A DNA stretch of 64,000 nucleotides from Methylotenera sp. RIFCSPLOWO2_02_FULL_45_14 (GTDB taxonomy: Bacteria; Pseudomonadota; Gammaproteobacteria; Burkholderiales; Methylophilaceae), in the NCBI GenBank assembly GCA_001803395.1, contig MHBU01000024.1:17003-81002 (forward strand), read 5' to 3'. Under the pieces are notes generated by a model that had not been told where the DNA came from, ran no database searches, and was given only the letters and a program-made list of their open reading frames with translations. Below, piece after piece: positions 58,445-64,000 of this stretch; position 1 is the stretch's first letter, and every line of letters starts with the position of its first letter. Position numbers and translations under genes: made by a program.

Positions 58445-59746
58445 ATGAGTAACAAATTCCAAAGCAGCCATAAATTTCAAAGTATCAAGGGTTTTTATGA
58501 CATCCTGCCAGAGGCTACACCGCTGTGGTTTAAGCTGGAAGATACCGCACGCCGCATACTGGCACAATACGGTTATAAAAACATCCGTATGCCGTTAGTG
58601 GAGCCCACCGAACTTTATATACGCAGCGTAGGCGAGCATACCGACATTGTTGAAAAAGAAATGTATGCCTGGGAAGATGCTCTGAACGGAGATAAGCTTG
58701 CATTGCGCCCGGAAGGTACCGCAGGCTGTGTACGTGCGGTGATTGAACATAATCTTACCTACAATGGCCCGCAACGCTTATGGTACAGCGGCGCGATGTT
58801 TCGCCATGAGAATGTGCAAAAAGGCCGTCAGCGCCAATTTCACCAGATTGGGGTAGAAGCTTTTGGTTTTGATACGCCGGAAGTTGATGCCGAGCAAATC
58901 GTATTATTGGCTAGGTTGTGGCGCGAATTAGGTATAGAAGACGTTGAGTTGCAAATTAACAGTATTGGCGATGCGCATGAGCGTGCTGAATATCGCAATG
59001 TGTTAATTGCTTACTTTGAACAACATGCTGATTTGTTGGACGAAGATGCTAAACGCCGTTTGCATACTAATCCATTACGTATTTTGGATACTAAAAACCC
59101 ACGTATGCAGGCTATATGTGAAGCTGCGCCCAAGTTAATCGATTGTTTAGGCGTTGAAACCCGTACCCATTTTGATGGTCTGTGTAAAAGACTTGCTGAT
59201 GCTGGAGTTACTTACAAAATCAACCCGCGTTTGGTACGCGGTTTAGATTACTATAATCGCACCGTGTTTGAGTGGGTGACGACCAAGTTGGGCGCGCAAG
59301 GTACCATTGCAGGCGGCGGGCGCTACGATAGTTTGGTTGAGCGCCTGGGTGGCAATGCAACACCGGCTTGCGGTTTTGGTATTGGCTTGGAGCGCGTATT
59401 TTTGTTGATGCAAGAATATGCAATTACCGCCAATGATGCACCCGATGTTTATTTGGTCAATGTAGGAGAGTTGGCTGAAAATGCAGCATTTACTATTGCA
59501 GAGCAGTTGCGTGATGCCAATATACAAGTGGTGCTGCATGTGGGTGGTGGCAGTTTTAAATCGCAAATGAAAAAAGCTGATAGAAGCCAAGCCAAGTTTG
59601 CCTTGATATTGGGTGATGATGAAGTCAATAATCATCAAGTGACCTTAAAACCGATGCTGGCTGAAATAAAGTTTGAGCAAGTGCAATGTAGTGTTGAAGA
59701 AGCCATTAAGTATTTAACTGTCAACATAAAATTGTTATGTGTATAG
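58445..59746 (+). CDS. hisS: Histidyl-tRNA synthetase
   Basis: Motifs LRPEGTA, FRHENVQKGRQRQFHQ, LVRGLDYY, GGGRYD and GFGIGLER. Confidence 0.97.
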   Translation: MSNKFQSSHKFQSIKGFYDILPEATPLWFKLEDTARRILAQYGYKNIRMPLVEPTELYIRSVGEHTDIVEKEMYAWEDALNGDKLALRPEGTAGCVRAVIEHNLTYNGPQRLWYSGAMFRHENVQKGRQRQFHQIGVEAFGFDTPEVDAEQIVLLARLWRELGIEDVELQINSIGDAHERAEYRNVLIAYFEQHADLLDEDAKRRLHTNPLRILDTKNPRMQAICEAAPKLIDCLGVETRTHFDGLCKRLADAGVTYKINPRLVRGLDYYNRTVFEWVTTKLGAQGTIAGGGRYDSLVERLGGNATPACGFGIGLERVFLLMQEYAITANDAPDVYLVNVGELAENAAFTIAEQLRDANIQVVLHVGGGSFKSQMKKADRSQAKFALILGDDEVNNHQVTLKPMLAEIKFEQVQCSVEEAIKYLTVNIKLLCV

Positions 59747-60659
59747 ATTTCACACATCGCATCGAGAAAAAATGCCTGCCGACTTACAAATTGATAAGCT
59801 AAACGAAGCGACGCCACTATTGCAGTTGTCGCACGTGAGTATCTCGTCCAAAAAAACGCCTACGCGCTTATTGGTGAATGACGTAAGTTTTAGCATTGAT
59901 GCGGGCAAAACCACATGCGTGGTCGGTGAGTCTGGCAGCGGTAAAAGCTTAACAGCGCTCTCTATTATGGGTTTGTTGTCTAAACAATTACAGTTAAATA
60001 CAGGCAAGGTCTTGTTTAATGATACAAACGATGGTGTTCAAGATCTAACTTTACTTAATGAGACAAGTCTGCAAAAAATACGTGGTGCAAAAATAGCCAT
60101 GATTTTTCAGGAACCAATGACCTCGCTGAACCCTGTGCTAACAGTTGGCTACCAGATCGGTGAGAGTCTAACCACGCATCTGGGTCTTAAAGGCGAACGT
60201 TTAAAAACCAAGATTACAAGTTTGTTAGAGATGGTCGGTATCCCGCCAAGTCGCGCAAATAGTTATCCTGACGAGCTTTCCGGCGGGCAGCGTCAACGTG
60301 TCATGATCGCTATGAGCATTGCCTGTGAGCCGCGGTTATTGATTGCAGATGAACCCACTACGGCGCTAGATGTGACTGTTCAGGCGCAAATACTTAAATT
60401 ATTAGATGACCTGAAAACGCGCATGAATATGGGCATGCTGTTTATTACCCATGATTTTGGCGTGGTGGCAGATATTGCGGATCATGTGGTGGTAATGTTT
60501 AGAGGCGAAATCGTTGAGTCAGGCACCAAAGAGCAAGTGCTTGGTAACCCGCAGCATCCATACACAAAAGCATTGCTCGCATGTGTACCGGATGCTGAAG
60601 GTAAAAACGCATTAAAACCGATTGACTATGCCTGGCTGAAGCAGGAGGAAGTAGCGTGA
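59739..60659 (+). CDS. Peptide/nickel-type ABC ATPase (DppD/OppD-like); start GTG 59739 or ATG 59772
   Basis: GESGSGKS, IFQEPMTSLNP, LSGGQRQR, DEPTTALDVT and HPYTKALL. Confidence 0.9.
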   Translation: MYRFHTSHREKMPADLQIDKLNEATPLLQLSHVSISSKKTPTRLLVNDVSFSIDAGKTTCVVGESGSGKSLTALSIMGLLSKQLQLNTGKVLFNDTNDGVQDLTLLNETSLQKIRGAKIAMIFQEPMTSLNPVLTVGYQIGESLTTHLGLKGERLKTKITSLLEMVGIPPSRANSYPDELSGGQRQRVMIAMSIACEPRLLIADEPTTALDVTVQAQILKLLDDLKTRMNMGMLFITHDFGVVADIADHVVVMFRGEIVESGTKEQVLGNPQHPYTKALLACVPDAEGKNALKPIDYAWLKQEEVA

Positions 60660-61483
60660 GCGACATCATTCTGCAAGCGAACGGTTTAGTCAAAACTTAC
60701 ACCCAGCGTAGCGGTAAGTTTGGTTTTGGCACAACGCTAGTAAAAGCTTTAGATAACGTTAGTATCACTTTGCATGCTGGAACTACACTTGCCGTTGTGG
60801 GTGAATCAGGCAGTGGCAAATCCACATTAGCGCGTTGTCTGTTACAATTGCAACCCTTAGATAGTGGCGAAGTGATTTTTGCAGGCCAGGATTTATCTAA
60901 ATTGCATGCATCAGCGTTAAGAGATGTACGCAAAAATTTGCAAATGGTGTTTCAAGACCCGTTCGCATCGCTTAATCCGCGTATGCGAGTTGGTGAAATA
61001 GTCGGCGAAGGTTTACTGATACATGGCTTAGGCAGTGCGGGTGAGCAGCAGAAAAAAGTCATTGCCATGTTAAAACGTGTAGGACTCACTGAAGCTGACA
61101 TGCAAAAATACCCACATGAGTTTTCTGGTGGGCAAAGGCAACGTATAGGCATCGCGCGTGCGTTGGTTTTAGAGCCTAAAGTGGTGGTATGTGACGAACC
61201 TGTATCAGCATTAGATGTATCAATACAGGCACAAATTCTGTTGCTACTCAAAGAGTTGCAGCAAGAAATGGCACTAAGCTACATTTTTATTAGCCACGAT
61301 TTACGTGTGGTGCGTCATATTGCAGATGACATTGTGGTGATGTATCAAGGTAAGGTGGTTGAGCAGGGTAAGGTGGCTGATATTTATGAACAGCCACAAC
61401 ATGAATACACGCAAAATTTGTTGGCGGCAATACCAGGCAAAAAGGTTGGCGCAGGTAAAAAAAGTGGTGAATGCTTAATTTAA
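60656..61483 (+). CDS. Peptide/nickel-type ABC ATPase (DppF/OppF-like)
   Basis: GESGSGKST, FQDPFASLNPR, FSGGQRQR, DEPVSALDVS and HEYTQNLL. Confidence 0.9.
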   Translation: MSDIILQANGLVKTYTQRSGKFGFGTTLVKALDNVSITLHAGTTLAVVGESGSGKSTLARCLLQLQPLDSGEVIFAGQDLSKLHASALRDVRKNLQMVFQDPFASLNPRMRVGEIVGEGLLIHGLGSAGEQQKKVIAMLKRVGLTEADMQKYPHEFSGGQRQRIGIARALVLEPKVVVCDEPVSALDVSIQAQILLLLKELQQEMALSYIFISHDLRVVRHIADDIVVMYQGKVVEQGKVADIYEQPQHEYTQNLLAAIPGKKVGAGKKSGECLI

Positions 61484-61532
61484 GTTTTGTAATTAGGGTT
61501 GAAGGTTAAGTTTAGGATTAATAGGACACAAC

Positions 61533-62156
61533 ATGGCATACGATTTAGAAGAGCAAGAGCAGATAGACGAATTAAAAGCGTGGTGGAAAACTTACGGTAA
61601 AACAATCGGCAACGCATTGTTAGCCTTGTTGATCGTATATGCTGGTTATCAAGGCTGGCATTATTACCAAGCTAAACAGTCAGTTGAAGCATCAACTGAA
61701 TATCAGGCATTGCAAGTGATTGATGAAAAAGACGTAAAAGAGATTCAAGCCAAATCAGCGATTCTGATGGATAAATACAGTGCAACGCCCTATGCCGGTC
61801 GTGCCGCGTTGTTGGCCGCTAAAGCCAATTATCAGGCAAAAGATATTAAAAGTGCAAAAGCACAATTAGACTGGGCAATTAAAAATGCTAAAGAAACGTC
61901 AGTGACCGCGATTGCTGGATTGCAGTTGGCGAATATCTTGGCTGAAGAAAAAGACTTTGCAGGTGCTTTAAAATTGCTTGAAGCCCCTCATGATGCAGGC
62001 TTTGATGGTTTATACGCTGACTTAAAAGGTGATGTATTAGTAGCGCTTGGTAAAAGGTCAGAAGCAAAAGCTGCATACGAACATGCGTTGACTAAACTGG
62101 ATGCTCAAGGCAGATACCGTACATTAACGCAACAAAAATTAGAAGCATTAGGTTAA
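61533..62156 (+). CDS. yfgM: YfgM-family TPR membrane-anchored protein
   Basis: DLEEQEQIDELKAWW.., a single TM helix, and GDVLVA..G TPR; upstream of bamB. Confidence 0.9.
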   Translation: MAYDLEEQEQIDELKAWWKTYGKTIGNALLALLIVYAGYQGWHYYQAKQSVEASTEYQALQVIDEKDVKEIQAKSAILMDKYSATPYAGRAALLAAKANYQAKDIKSAKAQLDWAIKNAKETSVTAIAGLQLANILAEEKDFAGALKLLEAPHDAGFDGLYADLKGDVLVALGKRSEAKAAYEHALTKLDAQGRYRTLTQQKLEALG

Positions 62157-62160
62157 ACAA

Positions 62161-63345
62161 TTGATGCGATTCACTCAACAAACAAAATTAATCGTACTGC
62201 TAGCCAGCTTATTGCTGGTATCAGCGTGTACCACGATTACCGACCTGCAAAAAGATGTTTCAGAGCGTGTTTTTGGTAAAGAGCCAGCTGATCCGCCTGA
62301 AGTCTTGGTTGAAATTAAAGAAACTGCCAGCGCTAAAATACTGTGGCAAGCTAAAGTTGGTAGTTCTGGAAACTTTGAGTTTACGCCAGTAGTGGATGCG
62401 GGTTATGCTTATGTTGCTAGTGCTGAAGGCACGCTTGCTAAATTAGATGTGAGTAACGGCAACCAAGCTTGGCGCGTGAATGTGGGCGAAAAGTTGACGG
62501 GCGGTATTGGTGTTGGCGGTAGCCTAGTGGTTGTAGGTACGCAAAAAGGTATTGTTTACGCCTATGATATTGCAGGAAAGCTGCAATGGAAATCTAAACT
62601 TAGTAGTGAAGTGTTAAGTGCGCCTAAGTATTTTGATGGCATGGTGATCGTGCGTACAGGCGATAGCCGTATTTATGGCATTAACGCCAATGACGGTAGC
62701 CGCAAATGGGTTTATGATCGCACCAGTCCAGCCCTTACTTTGCGTAGTAGCGCTGGCGTTGTTGTTGATAGCGGGGCTGTGTATGCTGGGTTTGCTGGCG
62801 GGAAACTAGCAGCAATCCGTGCAGATAACGGCAAGATGTTATGGGAGGCTTCAGTTGCGCAACCCAAAGGTGTAACAGAGATTGAACGTATTGCCGATAT
62901 TACCAGTTTGCCCGTAGTGGATGGGCCGCTAGTGTATGCCGTTGCCTACCAAGGTCGCATCGCAGCAGTGGATAGATCAACAGGTCGCGTGGTATGGAAT
63001 CGAGATATTTCCAGTCTTTCAGGCCTAAGTGCAGAAGATGCCAGGATTTTTGTATCACATGCAGCCGGGTCTGTTTACGCACTTGATTACACAACAGGCA
63101 AAACTTTTTGGCGCCAAGGCGCGCTTAAAAACCGTCAATTAACGGCGCCAGTACCCATGGGCAGTTTAATTGCAGTGGGTGACCTTGAGGGCAATGTACA
63201 TTTTTTAAGTCGCGAAGACGGGGCTTTTGCTGCTAGAGTTAAAACCAACAATAGTGCAATATTACCGCAAATGACTTTGGTCAATAGCAATACCGTATTA
63301 GCACAATCACGCGATGGCGGCGTGTATGCGATACAAGTCAAATAA
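62161..63345 (+). CDS. bamB: Outer membrane protein assembly factor BamB
   Basis: Lipobox VSAC, PQQ-like beta-propeller repeats, and ELERI-like EIERIAD; conserved position. Confidence 0.94.
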   Translation: MMRFTQQTKLIVLLASLLLVSACTTITDLQKDVSERVFGKEPADPPEVLVEIKETASAKILWQAKVGSSGNFEFTPVVDAGYAYVASAEGTLAKLDVSNGNQAWRVNVGEKLTGGIGVGGSLVVVGTQKGIVYAYDIAGKLQWKSKLSSEVLSAPKYFDGMVIVRTGDSRIYGINANDGSRKWVYDRTSPALTLRSSAGVVVDSGAVYAGFAGGKLAAIRADNGKMLWEASVAQPKGVTEIERIADITSLPVVDGPLVYAVAYQGRIAAVDRSTGRVVWNRDISSLSGLSAEDARIFVSHAAGSVYALDYTTGKTFWRQGALKNRQLTAPVPMGSLIAVGDLEGNVHFLSREDGAFAARVKTNNSAILPQMTLVNSNTVLAQSRDGGVYAIQVK

Positions 63346-63418
63346 TCCTAAAAATATAATTTAGCTTGATTAGACTTTTCAAGAATCATTAAGCTTAAGC
63401 GCTTGATAGAAGGCTCAC

Positions 63419-64000
63419 ATGATACCTACCGTTGTTTTGGTTGGCCGACCCAACGTCGGCAAATCCACCTTATTTAACCGTCTAACCAAAAGTCGCGATG
63501 CGCTGGTGGCAGATTTGCCTGGGCTCACACGTGACCGTCACTATGGTCGAGGCGTAGGCGCAAGCCAGCCTTATTTGGTGGTGGATACGGGCGGGTTCGA
63601 GCCGAATACCGATAGCGGTATTCTTAAAGCCATGGCGGTGCAAACCTTACTGGCGCTTGATGAAGCCGATGTGATTATTTTTCTGGTTGACGGTCGCCAA
63701 GGCGCAACCCCGCAAGATATGGAAATCGCCAACCGCTTACGCAGAACTAAATGCCCGGTATTGCTGGCGGTGAATAAAACGGAAGGCATGAATAAAGCGG
63801 TTGTCAGCGCAGAGTTTCATGAATTGGGCTTGGGCGATCCGCTATCAATTTCATCTGCGCACGGCGAAGGTGTTAAAGATATTATTGATTTAGCGCTTGA
63901 GAGTTTTCAAGTGGTTGAAGCAGAACCTGAACTGGATCAAACCGGCGATAGAGTGCCAAAAGTCGCGATTGTTGGTCGCCCGAACGTTGGTAAATCTACA
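63419..64000 (+). CDS. der: Ribosome biogenesis GTPase Der (3' truncated by window edge; missing from the ORF track)
   Basis: ATG 63419 reads [23 protein letters not shown]...[10 protein letters not shown], then DTGG and NKTE. The second G domain [14 protein letters not shown] begins at the window end. Confidence 0.96.
   Translation, partial: MIPTVVLVGRPNVGKSTLFNRLTKSRDALVADLPGLTRDRHYGRGVGASQPYLVVDTGGFEPNTDSGILKAMAVQTLLALDEADVIIFLVDGRQGATPQDMEIANRLRRTKCPVLLAVNKTEGMNKAVVSAEFHELGLGDPLSISSAHGEGVKDIIDLALESFQVVEAEPELDQTGDRVPKVAIVGRPNVGKST

Noticed and set aside
1-64000. CRISPR arrays, rRNA, tRNA, riboswitches
   Set aside because: No regularly spaced repeat-spacer units or recognisable structural RNA signatures; intergenic gaps are short. 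A covariance-model scan (Infernal/tRNAscan-SE) would be needed to exclude small RNAs.

Overview
A 64-kb chromosomal window from a methylotrophic betaproteobacterium. The fhcBADC operon, the gene order and the AT-leaning codon usage suggest Methylophilaceae (Methylotenera-like); this is inference from family knowledge, not a database hit. The core content is: partial glnE; dhaL-dhaK divergent from a MoxY/MxcQ-like sensor and NarL-type regulator; ppk2; a glycogen cluster (pgi, glgB, glgC, GH57, malQ, ROK glucokinase); queG/tsaE/amiC/mutL/miaA; dapC; pilU; a TPR-GT41 glycosyltransferase; split mnmD/mnmC; ycaO; clsB; trhO; fhcBADC; and the ndk-rlmN-pilW-rodZ-ispG-hisS-yfgM-bamB-der superoperon. 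Accessory blocks are inserted into these conserved gene orders: (1) a GC-richer block at 16.4-22.3 kb with alanine dehydrogenase, a LysM L,D-transpeptidase plus MepK-like peptidase, and a secreted barrel-like orphan protein + small subunit + GMC flavoprotein operon whose Tat signal is out of frame; (2) a beta-CASP nuclease and Suv3-like helicase; (3) a GsuK-like K+ channel with a DUF6394-like membrane protein; (4) an AT-rich eptA; (5) two orphan peptide-type ABC ATPases. Several REP-like palindromic elements are present, one of which forms the C-terminus of a protein. Several divergent gene pairs have almost no intergenic space and show overlapping -10 boxes with probable leaderless starts. 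I found no rRNA, tRNA, CRISPR array, transposase or integrase.
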